Positions 24,886 through 32,000 of a DNA stretch of 32,000 nucleotides are shown piece after piece. A model generated the notes under the pieces. That model made no database searches and was not told the origin of the DNA. It worked only from the letters and a program-made list of their open reading frames with translations. The stretch comes from Edaphobacter aggregans. Its GTDB lineage: Bacteria > Acidobacteriota > Terriglobia > Terriglobales > Acidobacteriaceae. Both the position numbers and the translations under genes were made by a program. Each line of letters starts with the position of its first letter. Position 1 is the first letter of the stretch. Where the stretch lies: NCBI RefSeq assembly GCF_003945235.1, contig NZ_RSDW01000001.1:2340001-2372000 (forward strand), read 5' to 3'.

Positions 24886-25959
24886 TCAGGCGGTGTGGAG
24901 GGCGGCTTCGATGGCGGAATTGACTTCGGCCTGGGCAAACTCTGCAGCTACGCGGATACCGTTCATGATGGCTTTCTCGTTCGAGGAGCCATGGCCTACG
25001 ATGCAGACTCCGCGAACGCCTAAGAGAGGAGCTCCTCCATATTCGGAGTAGTCGAGCCGCTTTTTGAAGTCGTCGAAGGCCTTGCGGGAGAGCAGGGCTC
25101 CTACCTGCGAGGTCACGGTAGATTTAAGAGCCTCGCGGAGGGAAACAGTAACCAGTTTGGCGGTGCCTTCGCAGGTCTTGAGGGCCACGTTGCCCACAAA
25201 ACCATCGCAGACCGAGACGTCGGCGTGGCCGTTGAACAGATCACGGCCTTCCACGTTGCCGATGAAATTAATGCCAGGTAGAGCGCGAAGCAGAGGCAGA
25301 GTATCGCGGGTGATGGAGTTGCCCTTTGAATCCTCTTCGCCGATGGAGAGCAGGCCTACCCGTGGGTTGGGGATCTTGAGGACGTTCTGGGCGTACATGT
25401 GCCCCATAACGGCAAACTGGACCAAATTGTCGGGGTCGGAGTCTACATTGGCGCCCACATCGAGCAGGAGCGAGGGGATGCCGCGAACCGTGGGGAGAAT
25501 AGTGGCCAGCGCAGGACGGTCAACGCCGGAGAGCATGCCCAGGACCATCTTGGCGGTGGCCATTGCGGCTCCGGTGTTGCCAGCGGTGAAGAAGCCGGCA
25601 GCTTTGCCAGGACCGGAGGGGCCGTGGTGGTGGTGTCCGTGACCGTGGGGAGTCGGGCCATGATGCGAGGCCAGACCTTCGCGGACCATCTTGAGGCCGA
25701 TGCGCATGGTGGAGTCGCGTTTGGTGCGGACGGCCTGCGCGGCCTTGTCGTCCATCGTGATCCATTCAGATGCAGGGACGATAAAGACGGGGAGATGTGC
25801 GCCGCGGAGATGTTGGCGGAGGAGTGGGCGCAGGATATCTTCGGGGCCAGCGAGGTGGACCCGGACGTCATACTGACGCGCAGCGAGAATGGCCCCGCGA
25901 ATCTCTGGCTCGGGGGCCTTATCGGAACCCATTGCGTCAACGACGATGTCGATCGGCAT
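24886..25959 (-). CDS. plsX: Phosphate acyltransferase PlsX (with a His/Gly/Pro-rich insertion)
   Basis: MPIDIVVDAMGSDKAPEPE..., TAGNTGAAMA, HGSSNEKAI. Conserved yceD-rpmF-plsX gene order. Confidence 0.9.
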   Translation of the reverse strand: MPIDIVVDAMGSDKAPEPEIRGAILAARQYDVRVHLAGPEDILRPLLRQHLRGAHLPVFIVPASEWITMDDKAAQAVRTKRDSTMRIGLKMVREGLASHHGPTPHGHGHHHHGPSGPGKAAGFFTAGNTGAAMATAKMVLGMLSGVDRPALATILPTVRGIPSLLLDVGANVDSDPDNLVQFAVMGHMYAQNVLKIPNPRVGLLSIGEEDSKGNSITRDTLPLLRALPGINFIGNVEGRDLFNGHADVSVCDGFVGNVALKTCEGTAKLVTVSLREALKSTVTSQVGALLSRKAFDDFKKRLDYSEYGGAPLLGVRGVCIVGHGSSNEKAIMNGIRVAAEFAQAEVNSAIEAALHTA

Positions 25960-25990
25960 TAGGAGAAGATAACAGGATTATTGCTGAAAG

Positions 25991-26176
25991 TTAGCTGGCT
26001 TCTTTGGTAACCAGAACGTCGCGGCCCTTGTACGTACCGCACTTGCGGCAGGCACGATGGGGAAGCTTACGCTCGTGGCAGTTGGGGCACTCGGAGAGGC
26101 CGGTGGGGGTGAGGAAGTCGTGGCTGCGGCGCTTGGCAGTCCGTTGCTTGGAGTGGCGCCGTTTTGGATTAGGCAT
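25991..26176 (-). CDS. rpmF: 50S ribosomal protein L32
   Basis: MPNPKRRHSKQRTAKRRSH...CPNCHERKLPHRACRKCGTYKG. ATG 26176 is preferred over the track start 26209. Confidence 0.9.
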   Translation of the reverse strand: MPNPKRRHSKQRTAKRRSHDFLTPTGLSECPNCHERKLPHRACRKCGTYKGRDVLVTKEAS

Positions 26177-26239
26177 TGCGGTATCCCTTTCAATCGCGCT
26201 CGCGGCCATGCGCGAGGCAGGCGACGAAGCAAAACTTGA

Positions 26240-26797
26240 TTAGTGCTTTAGCTCAAGCTTGTCAGCCAGACCCGCTAGCGCATTCCATCGCGGATCGGCC
26301 GGGGCCTCGTCGCAGGAGCATTTTGCAAGGTTCAGGTTCTGACCACAGCGGGGGCAAAGCCCTTTGCAGTCCGGTTTGCAGAGAGTACGGCTGGGCAGGG
26401 AGAGTAACACCTGCTCGCGCACGACATCCTCTAGCAAAAGACCGCTCTCTTGATAATACCCTATTTCGGTCTCATCTTCCGTAATGGCATGCTCGCCTGG
26501 GGTGTCGTCAGCACCGGCGGGGCGGAAAATCAAATCGAAATCGCCGGAGACCGGCGTGGGGACGGGTTCTACGCAGCGGGCGCAGAGGATCTCGAAGTCG
26601 GCGCGGTAGCCGGCCCGGAGGCGGATGTCGTTGACATGACTACGGGGGCCGCGGTGTTCAACGATGAGGTCGGCCTCGCCTTTGACGGGCATAGGGCAGA
26701 GCTGGCGGACGTCGGGGGCGTAGTCGAGGGCTCCGGGGGCGATGGTTTCCTCGATCTGGAGAGGTTCGTCTACGAGTTGGATTGGGGTGATTAGCAC
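26240..26797 (-). CDS. yceD: YceD/DUF177 family protein (23S rRNA accumulation protein)
   Basis: C-terminal CKPDCKGLCPRCGQNLN..CSC motif and its position upstream of rpmF. The start is GTG at 26797 and is uncertain. Confidence 0.75.
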   Translation of the reverse strand: MLITPIQLVDEPLQIEETIAPGALDYAPDVRQLCPMPVKGEADLIVEHRGPRSHVNDIRLRAGYRADFEILCARCVEPVPTPVSGDFDLIFRPAGADDTPGEHAITEDETEIGYYQESGLLLEDVVREQVLLSLPSRTLCKPDCKGLCPRCGQNLNLAKCSCDEAPADPRWNALAGLADKLELKH

Positions 26798-26916
26798 TGT
26801 TTAACGGTATGCAGGTTGAGGGTCGAGGTCAAATGCCGGGTCGTCCCCTGGTACTGATTTGCTGCAAAACCCTCCATAACAAGGAGTTGAACGATATCAG
26901 AAAGGAACCCAGTAAG

Positions 26917-26944
26917 GACTCCATACAAAGACACGGATGGAGTC
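26917..26944 (-). terminator. Hairpin just downstream of the 26954 stop (8-bp stem GACTCCAT/ATGGAGTC, 12-nt loop)
   Basis: Read directly. The T-rich tract after it on the minus strand is modest (CTTACTGGGTTCCTTTCTG). Confidence 0.3.
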
Positions 26945-26953
26945 GCGGACCTC

Positions 26954-27619
26954 TCAGTGACAGGAGGGGACGTCCTTGAATTGGTTGTTGACAGCCAGGG
27001 CGGCGAGGCCTTGGGCGCAACTGAGAACCTTCTGATCCAAGGGATCGTTGTCGAAGGAGTTGGTCGGGGTAAATTGGAGGTTCTTGCGCCGCTGTACATA
27101 TTTGTCGCTTAGCTGCTGCATGTTGTTGAACCCGTTGGTGACGAGTTGGAAGGCGCTGCGGTCTGCGTCGGTTTCGATGGCCGCGGAGGCGAGGGCGAGT
27201 TTGCTGCGGGTCGCTCTGCTAAAACGGGAGACCCAGACTTCGTCGACGGGGTTATTGGTCTGGACGGCGTTGACGATGGCGACGCGCCACTCGCGGATTT
27301 CGGTCATGACCTCGATGGCTGCCTTGAGGAAGCCGGTAGAGAAGCCCGTGGGTGCGGTCTTCGCCGCTGGTGAGTTTGTGGGTGATCCGGGGAGCGCGAG
27401 AGTGATCTGGTTCGATTGAAAGCTGAGAGAGCCATGCGTGAGGCGCGCGAGGGACTCGATATCGACGTAGGACCTACCGTTGATTTGAACGGTTGGAGCT
27501 TGTCCGGAGTGGCCGGCTATGAGGAGAGTGCCGGACTGCTGTGGCGCTTGTGCAGTAAGAGTGAGCGCCGCTAAAAGGACGACTAGGCTTGTGAGCGAAC
27601 GGGCGAATGGATGCTTCAT
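26954..27619 (-). CDS. Secreted protein of unknown function (signal peptide; N-terminal stalk/copper-amine-oxidase-N-like segment, helical C-terminal half)
   Basis: MKHPFARSLTSLVVLLAALTLTAQA signal. AAGGAG 7 nt upstream of ATG 27619. Starts 38 nt after the hcp stop, so probably co-transcribed. Confidence 0.6.
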   Translation of the reverse strand: MKHPFARSLTSLVVLLAALTLTAQAPQQSGTLLIAGHSGQAPTVQINGRSYVDIESLARLTHGSLSFQSNQITLALPGSPTNSPAAKTAPTGFSTGFLKAAIEVMTEIREWRVAIVNAVQTNNPVDEVWVSRFSRATRSKLALASAAIETDADRSAFQLVTNGFNNMQQLSDKYVQRRKNLQFTPTNSFDNDPLDQKVLSCAQGLAALAVNNQFKDVPSCH

Positions 27620-27657
27620 GCTTGCGCTCCTTGATCTGGTTTCCCTCATAACTCGGA

Positions 27658-28143
27658 CTAGGTGATGGCGCTCCAGTCGTCGATGGCTTCAGAGCCGTTG
27701 GGAATGTTGATGTCGATCTTCTGAAAGGTGAGGGAGATCTCCTGCAGTTCGCGTGAGTCGATGATGGGCCCTCCGGATTGAGGGAGCGCAACGGACTGCT
27801 TGACGGAGGCGATGCTGGCGTTGGTGAGTTTGATGGTGTGGCTGAGTTGCTGGACACCGGTCTTGTCGAGTGAGAAGAAACTGAAGAGTACCGTGGTGAG
27901 AACTTCGTTGGTGTAGGCAGCGGTGTAGAACTGCGGTGAGGATGCGCCCCACTCCTTGGAGAAGACGACGGGCTGGTGCTGGCGTCTGCCGGAGGCCTGG
28001 CCGCTAGCGATGTCGTGAGGGACGATGACGCCGTAGCTGAAGCCAACGACGGGGAGCATCTTCTCGCGGCCTTTTTGGGTGGCTTCGCCTTTGAATGCTC
28101 CCTGTTTGGCTCCGGTGACGGTTGCGTAGATCTGAACGGCCAT
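27658..28143 (-). CDS. hcp: Hcp (TssD) family type VI secretion tube protein, orphan copy
   Basis: 161 aa. MAVQIYATVTGAKQGAFKGE...VVGFSYGVIVP...GRRQHQPVVFSKEWGASSPQFYTA...L matches the Hcp1 pattern. AAGGAG RBS. No other T6SS genes in the window. Confidence 0.75.
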   Translation of the reverse strand: MAVQIYATVTGAKQGAFKGEATQKGREKMLPVVGFSYGVIVPHDIASGQASGRRQHQPVVFSKEWGASSPQFYTAAYTNEVLTTVLFSFFSLDKTGVQQLSHTIKLTNASIASVKQSVALPQSGGPIIDSRELQEISLTFQKIDINIPNGSEAIDDWSAIT

Positions 28144-28255
28144 GAATGTGGCTCCTTGTGTTGGGTGAGTCGCTGTGCATGGGGCCCGGGTGGACGGATT
28201 CTACAGCTGCGCAGGGGGAAGAGGAAGCGGGTCTGCGGGTGTTTGTGTAGGGGCC

Positions 28256-28261
28256 TATAAT
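28256..28261 (+). promoter_or_regulatory. Perfect TATAAT -10 hexamer ~45 nt upstream of the 28305 start
   Basis: Read directly in the 161-bp divergent hcp/28305 spacer. No good -35 hexamer seen. Confidence 0.25.
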
Positions 28262-28304
28262 TCTCAGTCTCCGGGCCGGGAGATAAATATCAAGGAGACA
28301 AACA

Positions 28305-28604
28305 ATGGCCACTACGCTGATCAACGACTATGAAGTGATGTATTCGGCGAATACGTTTCCGCCGCGGATTTGGTTGATGAACTCGGGGAAGTTTATTGGG
28401 CAGCTGATCTTCCACCCGGATGGATCGGTGCTGCCTCCGGATTCGATGGTGAGCGGGCAGGTCAATCTGCAGTATCACTTGGAGGACTTTCAAAACTGCG
28501 CCGCGATTCTGCGGAATGAGAAGACGGTGTACCTGCTGTACAGCGGGTCGGGACCAGGATTTGAGAATGGGTTGCAGACGTCGCAGTTGCCTCCGGGAAC
28601 TTAG
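28305..28604 (+). CDS. Small hypothetical protein (99 aa), no family recognised
   Basis: Strong RBS AAGGAG 7 nt upstream. Codon style fits the other plus-strand genes of this half. A long hairpin follows the stop. Confidence 0.55.
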   Translation: MATTLINDYEVMYSANTFPPRIWLMNSGKFIGQLIFHPDGSVLPPDSMVSGQVNLQYHLEDFQNCAAILRNEKTVYLLYSGSGPGFENGLQTSQLPPGT

Positions 28605-28619
28605 GGTTGCGGTAGGGTG

Positions 28620-28666
28620 AAGCTGCATGTGCTCCGGCTGAACCGATGGCTGGGGCACATGCGTTT
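28620..28666 (+). terminator. Long imperfect hairpin after the 28604 stop
   Basis: GCATGTGC (28625-28632) pairs with GCACATGC (28655-28662). The stem extends inward through G-U pairs to an AACCGA loop and is followed by GTTTAAT. The U-tract is short. Confidence 0.4.
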
Positions 28667-28749
28667 AATGGCGGAATGTCGGGTAGATGATTCCAAAATT
28701 TATGCGATATTTTTTTGCCCTTTACTTGACAGCGGCTGTTGCGAGTAGC

Positions 28750-28773
28750 AGAGTGTTGAGCACTCTTCTTTTG
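28750..28773 (+). promoter_or_regulatory. Short hairpin AGAGTG-TTGAG-CACTCT followed by TCTTTTGG in the 5' region of the 28825 gene (attenuator or terminator-like)
   Basis: Read directly. It lies between a TTGACA hexamer (28726-28731, preceded by an A/T-rich tract) and the GAGGAGG RBS. Confidence 0.25.
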
Positions 28774-28824
28774 GAGAGAGGCCCCTTCCCGGAATCTTGC
28801 GGTTAGAACGAGGAGGTAAGTCGC

Positions 28825-29142
28825 ATGCCCACTCCACCGATTCAGTTAGAGAACCTGGCCGTTGCCGTGCAGAGCGCAGTCGAGCAGGTTCTTGCCCAGC
28901 ATGGTGCCGTTCCCATCGACAAGATCTGGGTTGGGTTCGTTGCTCCGGATAATCTGGCGACGATCGAAAACGCAAACAAGATTGCCGCACTGCTCGGCAA
29001 AGAAGGCGGCGTGCAGGGTGGAGTCGGCTCTGTGGGCCAACTGGCAGCTGCAGGCGCGCCGGCAGCCGCCACGGAAAAGGGCATCGTCAAGCCGCCGGGC
29101 CACATTATTGGCATTGTCTACCAACCTAAGCTAAAGGGTTAG
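28825..29142 (+). CDS. Small hypothetical protein (105 aa) with Gly/Ala-rich central linker
   Basis: GAGGAGG RBS 7 nt upstream. The stop lies 3 nt before the next start, suggesting coupling. No family recognised. Confidence 0.55.
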   Translation: MPTPPIQLENLAVAVQSAVEQVLAQHGAVPIDKIWVGFVAPDNLATIENANKIAALLGKEGGVQGGVGSVGQLAAAGAPAAATEKGIVKPPGHIIGIVYQPKLKG

Positions 29143-29145
29143 GGG

Positions 29146-29598
29146 ATGCAGACACGGGAGGCCAGAACGCTTCTGTGTCCCAGTGCGCAGCCGGCGATGG
29201 CGGGCAGCATGGCCTTCGCCGTGGTCGCTGGAAGCCCGGAGGAGCCACGGGTGGCGTGGCTCGAACGACCGGTCCCTGTGACGGATGAATTGCTAGCGAT
29301 GACGGGACCTGTGCCTCCGACGCAAGTGCTGCGGTTTACGGCGCCGTGCGCAGAGGGTGCCTGCTGCCACTTCGATGGAGCCGACTGCAGACTGGCGAAC
29401 AAGCTCGTGCAACTGATGCCGGCGGTGGATAGTTCGTTGCCGGCTTGCAGGATCAGGCAGGACTGCAGGTGGTTCGCGCAGGAGGGGCGGGCGGCGTGTA
29501 TGCGTTGTCCGCAGATTGTGACGTATAGCGTGAATCCCACGGCGGAGCTGAGTTTAGCGGCTACCCCCCAGGGACATGCGGCTTCGGCTGCGATCTGA
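29146..29598 (+). CDS. Cysteine-rich hypothetical protein (150 aa; 8 Cys between residues 68 and 121), possible metal/FeS binding
   Basis: Pattern C-x4-CC-x6-C ... C-x5-C-x10-C-x2-C (PCAEGACCHFDGADC...PACRIRQDCRWF..AACMRCP). G-ending codon style consistent with plus-strand genes of this half. Confidence 0.55.
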   Translation: MQTREARTLLCPSAQPAMAGSMAFAVVAGSPEEPRVAWLERPVPVTDELLAMTGPVPPTQVLRFTAPCAEGACCHFDGADCRLANKLVQLMPAVDSSLPACRIRQDCRWFAQEGRAACMRCPQIVTYSVNPTAELSLAATPQGHAASAAI

Positions 29599-29640
29599 AA
29601 GCGCAAGTTGTACCACGCACTGTTACATATTGTGATGTCG

Positions 29641-30450
29641 TCAGGACTGGGGCTTTTGCGCGAGAAAGACCTGACGGAGAAGGCGTCGTTCGGCGGCGAG
29701 ATTGTGAGAGATAAATAAAAATTTCTGGTGCTGCGCGAAGATGTCCTCGCCTTCCTGAAGCAGGAGTGCTTTTTTTCGCTTCTTTCTGGCTTTGAGCCAT
29801 TGCTCCGCGATGCGGGCGGTCTCCTCGGTGGTGTCAATAACCTTTGGCTTCGAGAAGCCAGCCGCGCAGATGAGACGTTCGTTTTCGCCGGGGGTGCTGA
29901 AGATGTAAGGGGCGATGGAGGTACGGACCTCGATCTCTTGCTGTGAGATGAGTCCGGCGATGATGAGGGCGTCGCTGTAGAGGAGACGGCCGCCGGGTTT
30001 CAGAACGCGGAAGATTTCGGCCAGTAGCGCGAACCGGCTGGGAATGTGGCAGAAGACGTCGCTGGCGAAGATGGCATCGAAGACGGCGGTGTCGTAGGGA
30101 AGTTTTTGGGAGATGTCAGCACGCACGAAGCGCACAAGGGGAAGCATGTCTTTGGCACGTGCGAGACGATTGGCGTTGCGGATGGCCTGGGCGTTAATGT
30201 CGATGCCTGTGACACGGCAGGCGACTCTTTCGGCGAGATAGATGGCGTAGCCGCCGGAGCCGCAGCCGAGTTCGAGGACGTTGGAATCCTGGTTAAGTTT
30301 AAGCTGGGTGGGGATGTGATTGGACTCGTAGGGGCCGCTCCAACTGGTCTGGCCGAGATCGTTGCCAAAAGTGTCGAGACGAATCTGACGGTAAAGCTCC
30401 GAGGCGTAGTTTTCGTACGCAATGTCGTAGAGTTCGACCTTGTCGGGCAT
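29641..30450 (-). CDS. Class I SAM-dependent methyltransferase
   Basis: Motif I VLELGCGSGGYAIYLA, post-I TGIDIN, motif II/III DAIFASDVFCHI..VLKPGGRLL. GGAGGA RBS upstream of ATG 30450, which is preferred over 30501. Confidence 0.8.
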   Translation of the reverse strand: MPDKVELYDIAYENYASELYRQIRLDTFGNDLGQTSWSGPYESNHIPTQLKLNQDSNVLELGCGSGGYAIYLAERVACRVTGIDINAQAIRNANRLARAKDMLPLVRFVRADISQKLPYDTAVFDAIFASDVFCHIPSRFALLAEIFRVLKPGGRLLYSDALIIAGLISQQEIEVRTSIAPYIFSTPGENERLICAAGFSKPKVIDTTEETARIAEQWLKARKKRKKALLLQEGEDIFAQHQKFLFISHNLAAERRLLRQVFLAQKPQS

Positions 30451-30549
30451 GCTATGGCTCCTCCACGTGATGCTGTCCGAAGGCGTGCAAGAAGAGAGCA
30501 CATCTTAGCAGGTGTCGGCAGGAGTTGGTAGATAGTCATGGGGACGTGC

Positions 30550-30577
30550 GACCCGCTTCCTTTGTGGGAGACGGGTC
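30550..30577 (-). terminator. Strong hairpin between the OMP gene stop and the methyltransferase start (~11 bp with one bulge)
   Basis: GACCCGCTTCC-TTTGT-GGGAGACGGGTC read directly. No U-tract, so the terminator function is uncertain. Confidence 0.25.
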
Positions 30578-30621
30578 ATGATGGATTAAAAGGTTATAGT
30601 TCCTGCTGCCATCCATGTAGC

Positions 30622-31218
30622 TCAGTGTTTCCAATGGAGGTCAGGACCACGGAAGAGTACGCCAGCGCCGATGCGGAACTGGTTTTGTCGATTGCCCTGG
30701 ACGTTTCTGAGTTCGGAGTAGAAGTAGTCTGCCTGCAGGGCGCGGATCCAGATGTGCCTGGATACGGAGATGTCGAGGCCACCGCCGACGGTGAGGGCGA
30801 AGGAAGTGTCGTAGCTCGTTGGCAATTTGCCAACGGGTGCGGGAAAGTAGCCGTCGAAGCCGTGGACGCCTCCGAACAACGCCTGGCCAAAGGGCTGGAA
30901 GCGGGTGTGGTTGGGCACGCGCATCCGCAGGCCGCCCATGCCGTAGAAAAGGCTCAGGCCCGTGTTGAAGTTGGGGAGGTTCCCTGTGGTGTGTCCCCCC
31001 ATTTCGGCGACGGCTGAAATGTTGCGCCACACGGGCACGGAGATGCCACCGTGGCCCCCGCTCATCCAGAAGCATCCGCAGCCTCCCACAGGAGCGTTGG
31101 CACGCATCTCACTATAGACGGCGTAGGCGTCCAGGGTGTTCGATGGCTTCTGGGCCATAGCTGCCAGAGAGAGCGACAACAGCAGCGCGTAGGCGAAGAC
31201 TTGCGTCAGCTTATTCAT
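30622..31218 (-). CDS. Small outer-membrane beta-barrel protein (OmpA-like/OMP_b-brl type)
   Basis: Signal peptide MNKLTQVFAYALLLSLSLAAMAQ and alternating strands ending ..LFRGPDLHWKH. AGGAGG RBS. The start lies 8 nt after the upstream surface-protein stop. Confidence 0.7.
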   Translation of the reverse strand: MNKLTQVFAYALLLSLSLAAMAQKPSNTLDAYAVYSEMRANAPVGGCGCFWMSGGHGGISVPVWRNISAVAEMGGHTTGNLPNFNTGLSLFYGMGGLRMRVPNHTRFQPFGQALFGGVHGFDGYFPAPVGKLPTSYDTSFALTVGGGLDISVSRHIWIRALQADYFYSELRNVQGNRQNQFRIGAGVLFRGPDLHWKH

Positions 31219-31226
31219 CGCTCCTC

Positions 31227-32000
31227 CTATTCCACAATCAGCGTTACGGTAGTGTTGTGAACCAAGTTGCCGCTGGTTGCGGTGATGGTAATAACATAGG
31301 ACTGCTGCGTCTGGTTGAAGTAGCCGCCGGTTCCACAGCCAGCGATTGCTCCAAACGATATCAGCGCCAGCAGCAGCCACAAAAGCGCGCCAGGTCGTCC
31401 GCGTGCTCTTCTCAGTAGCGCGAAGGGTACTAGCAGCGTCGCAAATACCAGTGGCGTGCGAGAGCTCCGGTCGAGTGTGGCATTCTGTTTTGGAACGTTG
31501 ACGGTCATGGTCGATTGGACGCCGTCAGCTCCCGGTATTACAGGATTAGGACTGAAGGTGTAGCTTGCTCCCGCGGGTAGTCCCGACGCGCTCAGCGTTA
31601 CCGGACTGTTGTATGGAAGATTCAGATCAGGGATCTTGATTGCAAAGTTAGCAGCCCCCCCAGGCGGGACCGTCTGCGGCGGCGTGGGGCTTATGACGCC
31701 GAAGTCCGGCGCGAGGATAGTCACACTGACCAACGCGAACGGCGTTATTGTTGTGAAGTTTGTATCACCGCTATATGAAGCCGTGAGCGTGCGTTCTCCA
31801 ATAGGTAGCGTGGTGGTAATCAGCGTCGCCGTGCCATTGACGATCGCCACGGTGCCGAACGCCGTGCCGCCGTCGTAGAAGGTAATGGTCCCGGTTGCGC
31901 CTGCATTGACCATTGCCGTCAGCGTTACCGGATTACCCTGCACAGTTTGGCTTGGTGACGCAGTCAAAGTGACGAAAGTGCTCGCCTTGGTGATCGTCAG
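31227..32000 (-). CDS. 3' end of a large Ig-like-repeat surface protein (5' end outside the window) with C-terminal split-repeat/TM-hairpin/lipobox module
   Basis: The frame stays open to the window edge (..LTITKASTFVTLTASPSQTVQGNPVTLTA.., Big_3-like repeats). The C-terminus parallels that of the giant protein. Confidence 0.75.
   Translation of the reverse strand: MTITKASTFVTLTASPSQTVQGNPVTLTAMVNAGATGTITFYDGGTAFGTVAIVNGTATLITTTLPIGERTLTASYSGDTNFTTITPFALVSVTILAPDFGVISPTPPQTVPPGGAANFAIKIPDLNLPYNSPVTLSASGLPAGASYTFSPNPVIPGADGVQSTMTVNVPKQNATLDRSSRTPLVFATLLVPFALLRRARGRPGALLWLLLALISFGAIAGCGTGGYFNQTQQSYVITITATSGNLVHNTTVTLIVE

Noticed and set aside
27474-28046. 190-aa S/P/T-rich ORF and other frames overlapping hcp (27689..27952, 27976..28260, 28004..28324)
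   Set aside because: They are shadow frames of the hcp gene, with low-complexity translations and no RBS.
26954-28143. A type VI secretion gene cluster
   Set aside because: Only hcp is present. No tssB/C, vgrG, PAAR, clpV or baseplate genes occur in the window, so no T6SS locus is claimed.
28825-29142. RiPP precursor (NHLP/Nif11-like leader with a Gly-Gly site) followed by a modifying enzyme
   Set aside because: The resemblance is limited to a GG-containing Gly/Ala-rich linker. No leader-family motifs, radical-SAM CxxxCxxC motif, cyclodehydratase or peptidase-transporter genes are present.
30046-31017. Plus-strand ORFs 30046..30531 and 30538..31017
   Set aside because: They are antisense shadows of the methyltransferase and OM beta-barrel genes, with G/A/V/D-rich translations.

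Overview
GC-rich bacterial chromosomal window. The protein repertoire (giant Ig-like/FG-GAP surface proteins, a sedolisin, PadR, an orphan Hcp) suggests an Acidobacteriota-like soil bacterium, but that is inference only. Left 14 kb: a small secreted protein, a PadR/ICMT-methyltransferase pair flanked by a duplicated gene fragment, then a nitrate-assimilation locus. That locus has a HemD-like/GAF/ANTAR regulator and an outer-membrane channel on the minus strand, a ~590-nt divergent leader, and a plus-strand operon: nirA-like hemoprotein, CysJ-like diflavin reductase, fused DmsB/DmsC-like FeS membrane anchor, nasA-type molybdoenzyme, narK-type MFS transporter. Middle 8 kb: a single 2636-codon gene (pro-kumamolisin/S53 peptidase, 10 tandem ~97-aa Ig-like repeats, 7 FG-GAP blades, Big/MBG-like domains). 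Right 10 kb: SDR, TauE plus DUF1634, yceD-rpmF-plsX, an orphan hcp with a signal-peptide protein, three small unknown ORFs (one Cys-rich), a SAM methyltransferase, a small OM beta-barrel, and the 3' end of a second Ig-like surface protein. Most notable observations: (1) both surface proteins end in the same module, a final Ig-like repeat split by a TM helix, an Arg cluster and a lipoprotein-type signal with a lipobox Cys; (2) the nitrate operon has an unorthodox electron-supply set and an ANTAR regulator with an NnaR-like HemD sensor domain; (3) strand composition flips polarity between ~14.0 and ~22.3 kb (plus strand C-rich on the left, G-rich on the right); (4) an uncharacterised small-gene trio lies divergent from the orphan hcp. 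No rRNA, tRNA, CRISPR array or transposase was seen.
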